Of a DNA stretch of 64,000 nt, positions 1-10,303 are shown piece by piece. The position numbers and the translations under genes are program-made. The notes under the pieces were generated by a model, which saw nothing but the letters and a program-made list of their open reading frames with translations, was not told the DNA's origin and did not search any database. Position 1 is the first letter of the stretch, and each line of letters opens with the position of its first letter. The DNA lies in the IMG/VR virus record IMGVR_UViG_3300037319_000172, positions 45,614-109,613 of that record, one strand, 5' to 3'. This DNA comes from a virus.

Positions 1-846
1 CTCCAACTCTGTATTATTTTGAGGTTCTTCGTTAGAATCAATTACGTCGATATCTGTTATGTTTCCATCTAATCCTATTTTTATAGATTTAGATTTATTA
101 ATTTCTTTTATAACAACTTCTCCTGTTGAATCTAAGATACTTACAAACTTATAAGTATATTTACCAGGATACGCGGGGATTTCAATATCTAACATGCCCT
201 CTGTTGTTGCTGATGTCAATACTTGTTCCTCTCCGTTGATCTGGTATTTTATTTTATATGATTGATTTTTATCGAAGTCTTTTATAGAAAATCTAGCGAT
301 GTTTGTTTTAATAGGTGCCGCTGAGTTTTCTTTATCTAAATTTCCTTGGTCTTTTATTAATTGAAAGTCTACGTTTGCAAAGAAATCTAATTCTTTATGT
401 AATGGACATGTTGTTTCGAAAAATGGATAGAATTTGAATTTATCTAATCTATCTTTATTTTCAATTGCCCACTTCTCAAGTTCACAGTATGGATTGTAAC
501 TAAGATCTGGTTCTGGTAATGCATCAAATAAATCGGCATACTTTTCCGCAAGTAGCCTGTTTTTCATTTCTTCTGAGCTTTTAATCTCATTAAATATTTC
601 CTGAAATCCTTTTTTAAAACCTTCTTCTAATACAGGCTTTTGACCTGATTCGTGTAAGTTACCAAAAGGTGTTTGTGATGTTTTAACTGCGTCGAAATAT
701 TCTTGAGCTAATATCTTACTAAAATCCGTTAAATAGTTTTCATCGGGATTCTTACTCACGTCTGTATTTGGAGAAGATCCATCAATGTTTCCACTACTCA
801 TTTGAGTGGATATGTTTTTAATAAATATAGGCCAATTTGCCGGCAT
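1..846 (-). CDS. Hypothetical virion/baseplate-region protein, partial (runs off window)
   Basis: ATG at 846 (MPANWPIFIKNISTQ...), frame appears open toward the window edge; GATAAATA motif at 867-874; follows the baseplate spike gene. Confidence 0.65.
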   Translation of the reverse strand, partial: MPANWPIFIKNISTQMSSGNIDGSSPNTDVSKNPDENYLTDFSKILAQEYFDAVKTSQTPFGNLHESGQKPVLEEGFKKGFQEIFNEIKSSEEMKNRLLAEKYADLFDALPEPDLSYNPYCELEKWAIENKDRLDKFKFYPFFETTCPLHKELDFFANVDFQLIKDQGNLDKENSAAPIKTNIARFSIKDFDKNQSYKIKYQINGEEQVLTSATTEGMLDIEIPAYPGKYTYKFVSILDSTGEVVIKEINKSKSIKIGLDGNITDIDVIDSNEEPQNNTELE

Positions 847-878
847 CTTAGTTAGGTTTTATAAAGTATTTATCCTAA

Positions 879-1598
879 TTATTTTCCAGTCTGTTGGTAA
901 TTAACATGTTCTGACTTTAAAGTTGCTATCGCTGAAACTGTAGGTGGCGTTGGAGGACCTGAAGGTCCTGTCCCTGTTGGATGAAAGTGTTTTTGATAAT
1001 CATCTAGTAGATTATTTAACCATCCTTCTAATGAAACTCCTCTAACAGCTGGTTCAGATTCATCTTCATCTCCTTCTCCAGTATTACTTAAGAATATGTT
1101 TCCTGAATCTAAAAATATCTTTTCAGTTGTTGAAATTTTAATAATGCCAGCTTCATCAATTTGTATCAAAGGTCTTTCTTTAGCACCACTTCCTCTTGTT
1201 ATTACCAAACCATCTTCGGGAGAATGATATATCCTTACATTCCTGACGGCGTCATATACTAATGAAACTACATCATGAGCTGCCTCTGACGGATCTAATA
1301 TGTCTTCTTTTAATTCTTTATTTTGGTTTATCTGAAACCAATATTCAGGGTGGTATATGTTACCATTATCAAATCTTACAGCGACAATATCACCAATACG
1401 AGGTACCATTTGTGAACCTACTGCGTCTCTATTCATTGCAGTCGCCCATGGAATAGATTCAGTTTCTAATAAGTCAAACTTACCATACACTTTTACCCTG
1501 CATCTGCTTAAGTTTGAAGGATCTACATTATCAACCACTTCTCCTAACCAATGAGTTTCTCTAATATTGTCTTTTTCAAGTTCTTTATCTGTTGCCAT
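879..1598 (-). CDS. Baseplate central spike (T4 gp5 N-terminal OB-fold / P2 gpV-like)
   Basis: GEVVDNVDP..RCRVKV, WA, VPRIGDIVAVRFDNG OB-fold motifs; C-terminal HxH (HFHP-G-GPSGPP) typical of metal-binding spike tips. Confidence 0.85.
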   Translation of the reverse strand: MATDKELEKDNIRETHWLGEVVDNVDPSNLSRCRVKVYGKFDLLETESIPWATAMNRDAVGSQMVPRIGDIVAVRFDNGNIYHPEYWFQINQNKELKEDILDPSEAAHDVVSLVYDAVRNVRIYHSPEDGLVITRGSGAKERPLIQIDEAGIIKISTTEKIFLDSGNIFLSNTGEGDEDESEPAVRGVSLEGWLNNLLDDYQKHFHPTGTGPSGPPTPPTVSAIATLKSEHVNYQQTGK

Positions 1599-2773
1599 TA
1601 ATCGTGTATATTACCTAATGATTTAGCTGCTGCGCTATTCAGCGCATCTCCTATTGTTTGATTTCCTCCAGAAGTTATTCCATGAACATTATCTGCTATT
1701 GCAGTCTGAACGCTATTTTGATTAGCAACTGGATTCGTTGCACTATCTACCCCTTGGACAAAATCTTTATACAAGTTGTTAACTCCAACATTTAATCTAC
1801 CTACTGTAGCGTTTCTAGCTTGCTGCTTTAATTCATTAACTCGGTTTATTGAAGTGTTTTTTAAATCTGTAACAGCTCTATCTGCGAATGCCATACCCTT
1901 TTTAACAGCTTGATCCTTTAAATAATCTCCTATACCGTCTATTTGCTTGTTTTCAGTATCAGGTGCTGGTGATAAATCATCCTTATTAAATCTGCTTTCT
2001 ACTATTCCATTTAAAACTCTAGATTCGATATCATATAAACCTTCATAGTTTATTGTTATTTCACCTGTTGCTGCGTCTGTTGGTGATTTTTGTAAATCTG
2101 CAAATATACTAGTTCCTGATGTAAGATCGAATTCACAAAACTTAAGTGCAAACATAAAATAAGGTCTAGCACTAGATCCTGATATTCCAGCATTTGAATT
2201 TTCTACACCAATTGACGGTTTAAAATTATCTGGAAATCCATCTAAATCAACTCCACTTACTTTAGGGTTTGTCATATTTTTAATAGATCTTACTTCAGTA
2301 ACATAAACATACATTCTAAATTTTCTTAAATTACAAGGTAATACATAAGTCCATTTTCTTTCATCGAAAACTGCAACTCTATATAAGTGCATTAAACCTG
2401 ATATTGTTAAATTGATAGATTCTAATGTTGTAATAACTAACTTAGCGTCGTCTCCTCCGAAATAAGCATTCATTGGGTTGTACTGCTGTAATCTTTCTAA
2501 ACCAGAAAGACTTTGCCAAAACCAAGGCATTTCATTGTTAATATGTTTTAATGCTTTTTTAAAGTTTTGAAGTGCTTCTAATTTCTCTGTATAATAAGGA
2601 CTACCGTTTGCCAGTTTAGCTAAAAAGTCCTCTGCTGGCTTTGATAAAAGAGGAGAGTTTGCAGCATCCGCAAAATCAAACAACATCAGAAACGACATAT
2701 AAGTCGGATCTTGATAATCGTTCTTTGATTTTTTACCCTTTCTAAAATCTGCTATTTTCTTAAAATCTGACAT
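1598..2773 (-). CDS. Putative tail-tube-like / baseplate structural protein
   Basis: 391 aa in the baseplate operon; weak resemblance to tail-tube fold segments. Confidence 0.4.
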   Translation of the reverse strand: MSDFKKIADFRKGKKSKNDYQDPTYMSFLMLFDFADAANSPLLSKPAEDFLAKLANGSPYYTEKLEALQNFKKALKHINNEMPWFWQSLSGLERLQQYNPMNAYFGGDDAKLVITTLESINLTISGLMHLYRVAVFDERKWTYVLPCNLRKFRMYVYVTEVRSIKNMTNPKVSGVDLDGFPDNFKPSIGVENSNAGISGSSARPYFMFALKFCEFDLTSGTSIFADLQKSPTDAATGEITINYEGLYDIESRVLNGIVESRFNKDDLSPAPDTENKQIDGIGDYLKDQAVKKGMAFADRAVTDLKNTSINRVNELKQQARNATVGRLNVGVNNLYKDFVQGVDSATNPVANQNSVQTAIADNVHGITSGGNQTIGDALNSAAAKSLGNIHD

Positions 2774-2800
2774 ATACTATTTATCTTGTTTTTATTAAGA

Positions 2801-4306
2801 TTATTTTTTAATAGAATCCATATTATTTAATCTACCAGGCCATTCTCTTCTCAACAGTGTCATACTTTGTCGTATTGCTCCATTCTTATAAAAATATCTA
2901 ATAGATCCTACTATATAAAATCCACTTAAAAATTCATCAACAATATTAGAAGTATCTCCGGTAACATCATCAATATCTGCTGACTGCGATGCTTCAAAAC
3001 CAAGTTCTTCTTTTTTAGCTTTTGCCGCCATGTCCGCTACAACCTGATTATACGTTTGTTGATATACTACTACTGGTATTTTTTGAAATCTATATATTGC
3101 TGGATTCCAAGAAGACAACTCAACTTCTAAAAACATTTTATTTAATTCTTGTAAGTTTTGCTGATTATGTATTCCAGAAAAGTTATAGTTTAAGTGTGTA
3201 TTTGAAGTCGCAGGATCATTATCTCTTCTTCCTACATATTTATACTTTATTTCTTGTTTATATCTCTCCTCATCCCTACGACCCTTCAGAGGCTCTACAA
3301 TGTCCTTTAGTACAGTCGATGATAAAGGCTCTATATTAAAGTTAACTAATCCTTCCTCAGAATCGTTTTCAAAGAACTGTAACACTCTTTTATATCCATT
3401 CTTTTTGGACATTCTTCCAGCATTATTTTTTAAAGAGTATTTATCAATATGTAAATTAGTGCCTTCTAATTCAGGTTTTGTAGATAATAAAAGATCTGAT
3501 TTAATTTCGTTAGTTGTATTAGATGCGTCTTTATCTACTATGTCGTTTAAGTCTATGTCCATTGCAATTAATGCTTCTTCAAAATCATCAGGTGCATTTA
3601 ACATAACATTTAAATCAACATACGTTAGATAATAAAAAGGATCTATACAAAATGTTTGAAAAGAATCATCATTAACATATGAGTGTTTTACTAGATCTTC
3701 AATAGTATCTATAATAGGCTCAAATGCTGTTATACAATTTGATTCATCGTTTGTCGTATCGACATTACTTGCGAATCCTATTTTTAAATCTGTTGCTATC
3801 TTTTCTAAATGATCTATCGTAGTACCTTTACCGTATGATTTACATTGCTCAGCGTTTATTCCTGGTATTTTCATTTCACCAGAAAAAGTGTATTTTCCTC
3901 CGCCGTCTCCCTTGATAAGCACACTGCTTGGTGGAGAATCAACTTCAGTTATGTCAAAGTCAATGTGTATGTCTTTATAGTCGTTTTTAGATCTAGCAGC
4001 CATTCTAACTGTAATTACATCGCCATCTCGTGGAAATGATTCTGCATTAAAATTAGATCCGTTATCTACAACTGTTAATTCTAAAGTAGGTAACATGCCG
4101 TCAATATTAAGTTCAAATGATTTAATATCGTTCTGGTTAAACCTATATCCATTTATTATTATCAATGGAAACTCTACTCCCATGCCTCTAGTTGTATTTG
4201 AATTCCCTGGATTATCTCCGTCCTCTTCACTATACGATTCGAATTTGTATTCATCGAGTTTTAATGTAGGTTCTAACCTTGTTAATATCTTTCCTTCTAA
4301 TGCCAT
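2801..4306 (-). CDS. Putative baseplate hub (T4 gp27-like)
   Basis: 501 aa between gp53-like and spike genes; C-terminal DEFLSGFYIV..I.Y....Q.MTLLRRE pattern of hub proteins. Confidence 0.55.
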   Translation of the reverse strand: MALEGKILTRLEPTLKLDEYKFESYSEEDGDNPGNSNTTRGMGVEFPLIIINGYRFNQNDIKSFELNIDGMLPTLELTVVDNGSNFNAESFPRDGDVITVRMAARSKNDYKDIHIDFDITEVDSPPSSVLIKGDGGGKYTFSGEMKIPGINAEQCKSYGKGTTIDHLEKIATDLKIGFASNVDTTNDESNCITAFEPIIDTIEDLVKHSYVNDDSFQTFCIDPFYYLTYVDLNVMLNAPDDFEEALIAMDIDLNDIVDKDASNTTNEIKSDLLLSTKPELEGTNLHIDKYSLKNNAGRMSKKNGYKRVLQFFENDSEEGLVNFNIEPLSSTVLKDIVEPLKGRRDEERYKQEIKYKYVGRRDNDPATSNTHLNYNFSGIHNQQNLQELNKMFLEVELSSWNPAIYRFQKIPVVVYQQTYNQVVADMAAKAKKEELGFEASQSADIDDVTGDTSNIVDEFLSGFYIVGSIRYFYKNGAIRQSMTLLRREWPGRLNNMDSIKK

Positions 4307-4307
4307 T

Positions 4308-4799
4308 TTATAGTATTATAGTGTCTCCGTTAATATCTATGTTCTTTTCTCCGTCTTTTAAAATATTCGGCGGAACGATCTGAGTAGATCCGTTTTGTTT
4401 TTCTGCCGCTTTCTTTTTTAAATAAGATGCTCTACCAGCGTCTTTAACTGTTAACCTCTTAGAATCTATAAATTGATCTTTAATAGATGTTTCTTTTGAA
4501 GTTCCTGCTTCTTTTATTGTTTTCCAAGCTTTAAATTTAATATCAAGAGGTGGAATGTTTAATACATCTCCTTCATTAATTGAAAAAGGATTAGAAATAT
4601 TATTAAACTTTAAAATTAGTTCCGAAGCATCTTCGTCGTTATAATATATTTTAGATATCATATCTATTCTACATACTTCATCCGCAGTAACAATGTGAGT
4701 TGCTATTGTTTGAGTCTCTTCTGGAAATATAACGTAAGGTTCTCCTAATCTTACCTTGTCGTCTTTTATCTTTTTATTATCTATAGATTTGAATTTCAT
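4308..4799 (-). CDS. Baseplate wedge LysM-like protein (T4 gp53 / P2 gpX-like)
   Basis: HIVTADEVCRIDMISKIYY...LILKFNNISNPFSINEGDVLNIP. Confidence 0.75.
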   Translation of the reverse strand: MKFKSIDNKKIKDDKVRLGEPYVIFPEETQTIATHIVTADEVCRIDMISKIYYNDEDASELILKFNNISNPFSINEGDVLNIPPLDIKFKAWKTIKEAGTSKETSIKDQFIDSKRLTVKDAGRASYLKKKAAEKQNGSTQIVPPNILKDGEKNIDINGDTIIL

Positions 4800-4800
4800 A

Positions 4801-6549
4801 TTATCCGTTTACTTGTTTTGTCAGCTCGCTGTCCAAGTCCGATTTTTGTTGTTTACTATATGCGTTTACATTTGTAGTATTATTGATGTCTTTCTCTCCA
4901 TCAGGTTGTATGTAGAATCTACCTCGACCTGCATTAAACATACTTTCTATTTCTGCTTTATCTCTAGGTCTTGCTGGTTTCAACGTAACTTCAACGACTA
5001 ATCTTTCTGGAAAATCCTGAACTCCCATAGGTCCTTCAAAACTAACAGAAGTATCAGTACATGCTAAGTTACCAATAACAGCAATTGGATTTAATGGATT
5101 TCCTATAGTAACATGCCATTGTCCAGTAGGATCTCCTGTTAACAATGAATTAACTGCCATACCTCCTTGTGGAGAATTAAACATTTTCATCATCGAACCT
5201 CCTAAAAGATTATTTAAAGTCTTTCCTACTCCTCCTCCTTTTATAAAATCTTTAGCACCAGCTACGATATCATCCATCGGATTTCCAGAATTTTTACCTG
5301 TTAAATCGCTAATAATAGATTTCATAAATCCTGCAGCATCTCCATTTCTTAATTTACCAATATCACCTAAAGGCCTAGCGACAGAACCATCTCCAATATA
5401 TCGAGTAGCTCCACCCCAGAAAGGTGCATTATTATATGTAAGTGCTAATATATTAGATAATTGATCTAACATTAATATTTTTGGATTAGCTCCTCCTAAA
5501 TCTCTTAGTTCATATTCGAATTTAAGTTTAAACTCTTGATCAAAGTTTAATCCAGATTCTCTTACTAAAACCTCTTTAATAACGTTTAAAGGTCCAAATA
5601 CGTGATTAGGATATGTTTCCTTAAATGAATCATAACCTGCACCTCCATTATCTAATCTAGATTGTTCGGCAGCAGATCTACCAGAAGCAGCGTTACCTGC
5701 CGCCTTAAGTATTTTATTATTATTAATGAATGATCCTGCAGTTCCTGATTGTGCTCCTCTTCTAGATTGAATTTCTTGAACAGCAGCTTCTGCCTTCTTC
5801 CAATTATACCCATGTGAAAACTTCATGATGTCTTCCAATTTATTACCGGTTGCTTCTCCTAGCCATGTTACTGCTCTCGCGATATCAGGTTGTGGAACAT
5901 TGTCGCCTGTTAATCCTTTTGGACTAATAATGTCATCGGGTGATGGGAATGAAAACCTTCTTAAAGTTATCATCATGTTATTTGGTATTTTACCAAAATA
6001 TTTAGTTAATGCAAAATCAGAATACTGATATCTATATCCTGCTCCACCGCTAGTATCTGTCATTTCTATGATTTTAGAAGCAGTTGGATTAATTAAAGTT
6101 TTAGGATCTATTTTATTAAAAAACTTAGTCTGACCTTCAACCTTAGAACCAGTTGATGTCATTGGAGTCCCTCTGAAATTAACTAAAGAGTATTTATTAA
6201 AAAGAGAGTATGGACGAGGGCCGATACTAATATTAGCATCTCCATTAACATCCTTATGTCTATATGATGCCACTGAATCTGTATAAAAAACATCTCCTCC
6301 AATGGTACCTCTATTTTCTTGAGTAGGTTCACCCTGTATTGCAGCAACATTTAAACTAGAATCTTCAACGTTAGAAGACTTTAAAGAATTCTCGTTGTTT
6401 CTAGTTCTTATCTGAGCGTTAACTCCATCAGGATTTTCAATATCAAATAAATCGTTAAGTTTATCTTTTATTGTGTTAGTTCCTAATTCACTAAGATTTG
6501 TAATTGCCTCGTTTGAGTTATTTATACCTCCACTAATGTCTAATCCCAT
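4801..6549 (-). CDS. Putative baseplate / tail-tube initiator protein (gp48/gp54-like)
   Basis: First gene of the baseplate operon; F.LKFEYEL and C-terminal NLACTDTSVSFEGP..FP..L.VEVTL tube-like motifs. Confidence 0.5.
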   Translation of the reverse strand: MGLDISGGINNSNEAITNLSELGTNTIKDKLNDLFDIENPDGVNAQIRTRNNENSLKSSNVEDSSLNVAAIQGEPTQENRGTIGGDVFYTDSVASYRHKDVNGDANISIGPRPYSLFNKYSLVNFRGTPMTSTGSKVEGQTKFFNKIDPKTLINPTASKIIEMTDTSGGAGYRYQYSDFALTKYFGKIPNNMMITLRRFSFPSPDDIISPKGLTGDNVPQPDIARAVTWLGEATGNKLEDIMKFSHGYNWKKAEAAVQEIQSRRGAQSGTAGSFINNNKILKAAGNAASGRSAAEQSRLDNGGAGYDSFKETYPNHVFGPLNVIKEVLVRESGLNFDQEFKLKFEYELRDLGGANPKILMLDQLSNILALTYNNAPFWGGATRYIGDGSVARPLGDIGKLRNGDAAGFMKSIISDLTGKNSGNPMDDIVAGAKDFIKGGGVGKTLNNLLGGSMMKMFNSPQGGMAVNSLLTGDPTGQWHVTIGNPLNPIAVIGNLACTDTSVSFEGPMGVQDFPERLVVEVTLKPARPRDKAEIESMFNAGRGRFYIQPDGEKDINNTTNVNAYSKQQKSDLDSELTKQVNG

Positions 6550-6602
6550 ATATATTATACTATTGTTTTATACGTAGTACTCTATATATTAGTATTAATT
6601 GC

Positions 6603-7193
6603 CTAACCTTTTAAGTTATCGTATTCAGGGCCCATTGGTCGGAATAAAAGTTTGTTGAAGTACTCCGGATCTTTAGGTATTCTGTCACCTAGAAACTTTT
6701 TAAGATGTGCCTCGAATACTCCTTTAGATTCGTAATAGTATTTACCCTTAGAATAAGAACGTCTAGAAGCTCTCTCATACAACTCTCTGATCTCTTTTTC
6801 AATTAAAAAGTCTTGTATATTTAAATAGAGTTCATTTATTTCATTAAGAGTTCGAGTACACATTACAGAATCTACTGTAATCATGTATGTCTCTGCATTC
6901 GCATCTAAATACTTTTGAAGTTCTTCCTTATTTTTAATACCAGATCTATTAAACCTAAATTTAGTAGCGCCACCTTTAAAGTTTTTCTCGAAGTTCATCT
7001 CGAAGAAATATCTTTTTAAGAAATTAATATCATCATAGAATTTAACTATTCTTATTTGATACTTCGGCATTGTTTCGTCAAATTTAACGTCGTAGATTAG
7101 CGCCCTAACAGGGAAAACGATATTTGAATATCGAGTGTTTGAAATAAGAGCATGTATGTATTCACCTTTACTAAATAAACGATGTCTAATCAT
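6603..7193 (-). CDS. Hypothetical protein
   Basis: 196-aa ORF overlapping upstream neighbour, co-oriented. Confidence 0.7.
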   Translation of the reverse strand: MIRHRLFSKGEYIHALISNTRYSNIVFPVRALIYDVKFDETMPKYQIRIVKFYDDINFLKRYFFEMNFEKNFKGGATKFRFNRSGIKNKEELQKYLDANAETYMITVDSVMCTRTLNEINELYLNIQDFLIEKEIRELYERASRRSYSKGKYYYESKGVFEAHLKKFLGDRIPKDPEYFNKLLFRPMGPEYDNLKG

Positions 7194-7608
7194 TGTCTAT
7201 AAATTTAATAAAATCAAATTGACCTATAATACTACGAGAAGGTACTTCATCCATGTTTAAAGAATTAAGAACAAATTCTATATCTCTATCAGTATAACTA
7301 TATACCATTTCTTTAAAGTTAAGTACAGTATCTTGTGAAAGGTCTCTAAAAGTGTATACTATTGTTGTAGTTTTTTTCTTTTCAGAATTCATAACAGTTT
7401 TAAATGAATTCATTATATTTAAACCAATGACATAATCATTAGGTTCTTTACTGTATGGATCTGATTTAATTAGTTTATTTTTAATAATAGAAAAGTCGAT
7501 AACAGTCAACTGCGGATCTTCAATAGCTCTCACGAACTTGTTGAAATCTCTTTTTGACTGATACCAAACACATTCTATTGTTAAATTATCCATTCCTTGT
7601 TGATTCAA
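7186..7608 (-). CDS. Hypothetical protein
   Basis: 140-aa ORF in tightly packed operon. Confidence 0.65.
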   Translation of the reverse strand: MNQQGMDNLTIECVWYQSKRDFNKFVRAIEDPQLTVIDFSIIKNKLIKSDPYSKEPNDYVIGLNIMNSFKTVMNSEKKKTTTIVYTFRDLSQDTVLNFKEMVYSYTDRDIEFVLNSLNMDEVPSRSIIGQFDFIKFIDND

Positions 7609-7900
7609 GATTCTGTATCTGAGCCTTGAGATTCTTTATTTTAAAGTCGATTTCCTTGTCGGTTGGTTTGTAATTAGAACCCCAACATGGATTTACTTGT
7701 ATTTGAATTTTTGAATTTGAATTTCCAAACTCTAATCCAAGATCGACACTTAGTTCTTCAATAAATTTAATCTTATTAGATACAGAATTAAATTCATAGA
7801 TTGTAGTAGACTCATAAGCCTCTCCACCTCCGTTTATATTGTCATCAGTAACGCTTTTAATAACACCGTTATCTGCCAGTTTTATATTAATCTCTTGCAT
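7586..7900 (-). CDS. Hypothetical protein
   Basis: 104-aa ORF with overlapping neighbours. Confidence 0.65.
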   Translation of the reverse strand: MQEINIKLADNGVIKSVTDDNINGGGEAYESTTIYEFNSVSNKIKFIEELSVDLGLEFGNSNSKIQIQVNPCWGSNYKPTDKEIDFKIKNLKAQIQNLESTRNG

Positions 7901-8279
7901 TCTTTCTCGCTATTAAAGATTGCTGTGCTTCTTTCCTTAGAGATTTTATTACTTTTTTGTCTTCTTTAAGAGTTTCTGGATCTCTTAATGTCTGTATAGT
8001 CCATGCTTCTTCTAATTTTAGAATTTCACTATCGTTATATCCAGTCTCAGACCAAGTTTGCTTTGACGCATTTAGTTTTAATTGAAGTTGATCTTCAATA
8101 GAATCATTAACCCTATTAGTGTGTGCGCTTTCAGCAGCAGTCCCATCTTCTCTCATTTTACCGTACCACGCCCTAGCTTGTGGAGAGAAAAAACCGAATT
8201 GATTTTTAATCTTTAAGAATCCAGCATCATTAAAATCTTGTCTTCTTTGCTTTCTTGCACTCGTAGTTCCTTTACCCAT
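7887..8279 (-). CDS. Hypothetical protein
   Basis: 130-aa ORF; GATAAATA at 8308-8315. Confidence 0.65.
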   Translation of the reverse strand: MGKGTTSARKQRRQDFNDAGFLKIKNQFGFFSPQARAWYGKMREDGTAAESAHTNRVNDSIEDQLQLKLNASKQTWSETGYNDSEILKLEEAWTIQTLRDPETLKEDKKVIKSLRKEAQQSLIARKNARD

Positions 8280-8327
8280 TATATTGTTTTAAATTAATTG
8301 ATATTAATATTTATCTGAATTAGTATA

Positions 8328-8822
8328 CTACTGGTAATATTGTTCTAGAAATGTAGTTATATTTTCTTTAACATATACGTGTAGCTTCTCTATCTCTATT
8401 TGACTAGAAGCAGCAGCTGCTATTTCTTCGTTTAAATCTTCGTCTTCCATTCCTCCTGCTAGGATAGAATACAATTCAGGAGTTGGTATATTTAAGTTAA
8501 TAGTAATAGGAACGCTAACTACATTCTTTTTACTCATTTTTGTTATCATTTTACCCATAATAGATACTGGAGCAGCTTCCACTGCTTTAGTTTCTGTAAC
8601 TGGTTTCTTATTTGTCTTAGGTGCAACACCTACTGGACTTGGAAAAGGCAGTACGCCATCGACAACAGGTTCTAGAAATTCAGACACAAGAGTTCTAAAT
8701 ATCCTTTCGCCGTTTGTAAAATTTATAAACTTTTCATCTGCGTTTAAAACATCAACAACTTCACCGAAATTGTCTCCTTTTCTCCATTGATACTGTTTTG
8801 AATTTTCTTTCACTTCTGTCAT
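8328..8822 (-). CDS. Hypothetical protein
   Basis: 164-aa ORF preceded by AAAC-N17-TATAAC (8839-8865). Confidence 0.7.
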   Translation of the reverse strand: MTEVKENSKQYQWRKGDNFGEVVDVLNADEKFINFTNGERIFRTLVSEFLEPVVDGVLPFPSPVGVAPKTNKKPVTETKAVEAAPVSIMGKMITKMSKKNVVSVPITINLNIPTPELYSILAGGMEDEDLNEEIAAAASSQIEIEKLHVYVKENITTFLEQYYQ

Positions 8823-8853
8823 TTTAAATTATTTAATAGTTATATTAAAAAAA

Positions 8854-9051
8854 CTAGTTTTGTTTATTTTTAGACTTAAGATTTTTATTATGTTCTGTAG
8901 AGAACGTATCTATATAGTCTATAGATTCTGGAGAACCTATCAATGCGTCGGGACTCGTTACGTATATTTTATAGAACATAGTCGATCCTATCATTGATAA
9001 TCTTTCTTTTAAATCTTCTAGTTCTGGTACAAATCTTTTATTAAATCCCAT
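8854..9051 (-). CDS. Small hypothetical protein
   Basis: 65-aa ORF overlapping the dCMP deaminase stop. Confidence 0.6.
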   Translation of the reverse strand: MGFNKRFVPELEDLKERLSMIGSTMFYKIYVTSPDALIGSPESIDYIDTFSTEHNKNLKSKNKQN

Positions 9052-9559
9052 TCCATGTATTTACTTGTTCAACTCCTATGCCTGCATTTTTTAATAAATC
9101 AACGCCACTCATATCTCTATAATCTTCAGTGTAATACACTTTAGATATTCCCGCTTGTATAATTAATTTAGCACATCCGAAACAAGGACATGTTGTTGTA
9201 TATAGCTCAGCGCCTAAACAACTCATCGTAGATTTTGCAACTTTCATTATTGCGTTTGATTCAGCATGTAAAACAGCAGGCTTAGTCGCTTGTGATTCTT
9301 TAGTACAAACTCCTCGATCACATTCATATCCTTGTTCCATTAAATCTAATGCAATATCTGGATTTTCATAATGATGTCTAGTAATTATAGGTTCTTCACA
9401 TACATTGTTAAAACCATGCGGCATTCCATTATATCCAAACGAAATAACTTGATGGTCTTTAACAATAATACATCCTACCTTTCTTCTTTCAGCATAACTC
9501 AATTTAGAAAACTGATAAGCTGTTTGCATGTATACTAATTCAATTGGTATCTTTGGCAT
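9041..9559 (-). CDS. dCMP deaminase
   Basis: KVGCIIV, GYNGMP, HAE and CPCxxC zinc motifs. Confidence 0.92.
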   Translation of the reverse strand: MPKIPIELVYMQTAYQFSKLSYAERRKVGCIIVKDHQVISFGYNGMPHGFNNVCEEPIITRHHYENPDIALDLMEQGYECDRGVCTKESQATKPAVLHAESNAIMKVAKSTMSCLGAELYTTTCPCFGCAKLIIQAGISKVYYTEDYRDMSGVDLLKNAGIGVEQVNTWNGI

Positions 9560-9610
9560 ATTATTATATTATTATAATATTTATACCAATTAATCTAGTA
9601 TTGTTTACGA

Positions 9611-9636
9611 AAAAAGCCCGGATAGATCCGAGCTTT
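9611..9636 (-). terminator. Intrinsic terminator
   Basis: minus strand aaagctcggatctatccgggcttttt, stem-loop plus U tract. Confidence 0.7.
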
Positions 9637-9660
9637 AAGTTAATTTATATTGTAAGTGTA

Positions 9661-10287
9661 TTAGTAGTTTTCTTGTTCTGAGATGTATTCCTCAATATCG
9701 TTTTGATCTTTTTTTGATTTTAACATCTTCACTACTTGATCAGCTATGCCTTTAACTGAACGTTCGTTGTGACCTGATTCGTAACAAAAAGAAAGCTTTC
9801 CATCCTGTTTAATAGGCCAACATATTGAGTCTGCCTCTATATCATTGTCAGCATACCATTGTTGGATCTTATATGTTTTCATATCAACAGAAAATGCCGG
9901 GTAACTTCCTCTTCTAACAGATTCAGCTACATCAATAGCGTCTCCCGATAATTCAGATTCTTTTAATTCAGTAATTTTATCAGTATAAGATTCAACCATT
10001 TTATTACAAGCTGCTTCGAATGCTTCAGTTGAATATTCTTCTTTCATTTCCTTTAATGCCCCAACAGCTAATGTAGCTATTAACGCAGCATTTTCAGACA
10101 TGTAAGATTCTACAGTGTGAGAATCATGTGCATCATCTTCGTATACTTTAGCTTCGTTCTTACAAGACTCGTAAACCTTCTCTAACATTGAAGATACTGT
10201 TTCTTCTACTTTCTCTTCTTTTTCTTTTTTAGATTCTACTTCAGCCTGCTCATTAAGATATTGGCTATATGATTTGAATTTATTCAT
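9661..10287 (-). CDS. Putative internal head protein (capsid-targeting leader)
   Basis: N-terminus MNKFKSYSQYLNE; acidic. Confidence 0.55.
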   Translation of the reverse strand: MNKFKSYSQYLNEQAEVESKKEKEEKVEETVSSMLEKVYESCKNEAKVYEDDAHDSHTVESYMSENAALIATLAVGALKEMKEEYSTEAFEAACNKMVESYTDKITELKESELSGDAIDVAESVRRGSYPAFSVDMKTYKIQQWYADNDIEADSICWPIKQDGKLSFCYESGHNERSVKGIADQVVKMLKSKKDQNDIEEYISEQENY

Positions 10288-10303
10288 TTTATCTTTCTAA
10301 TAT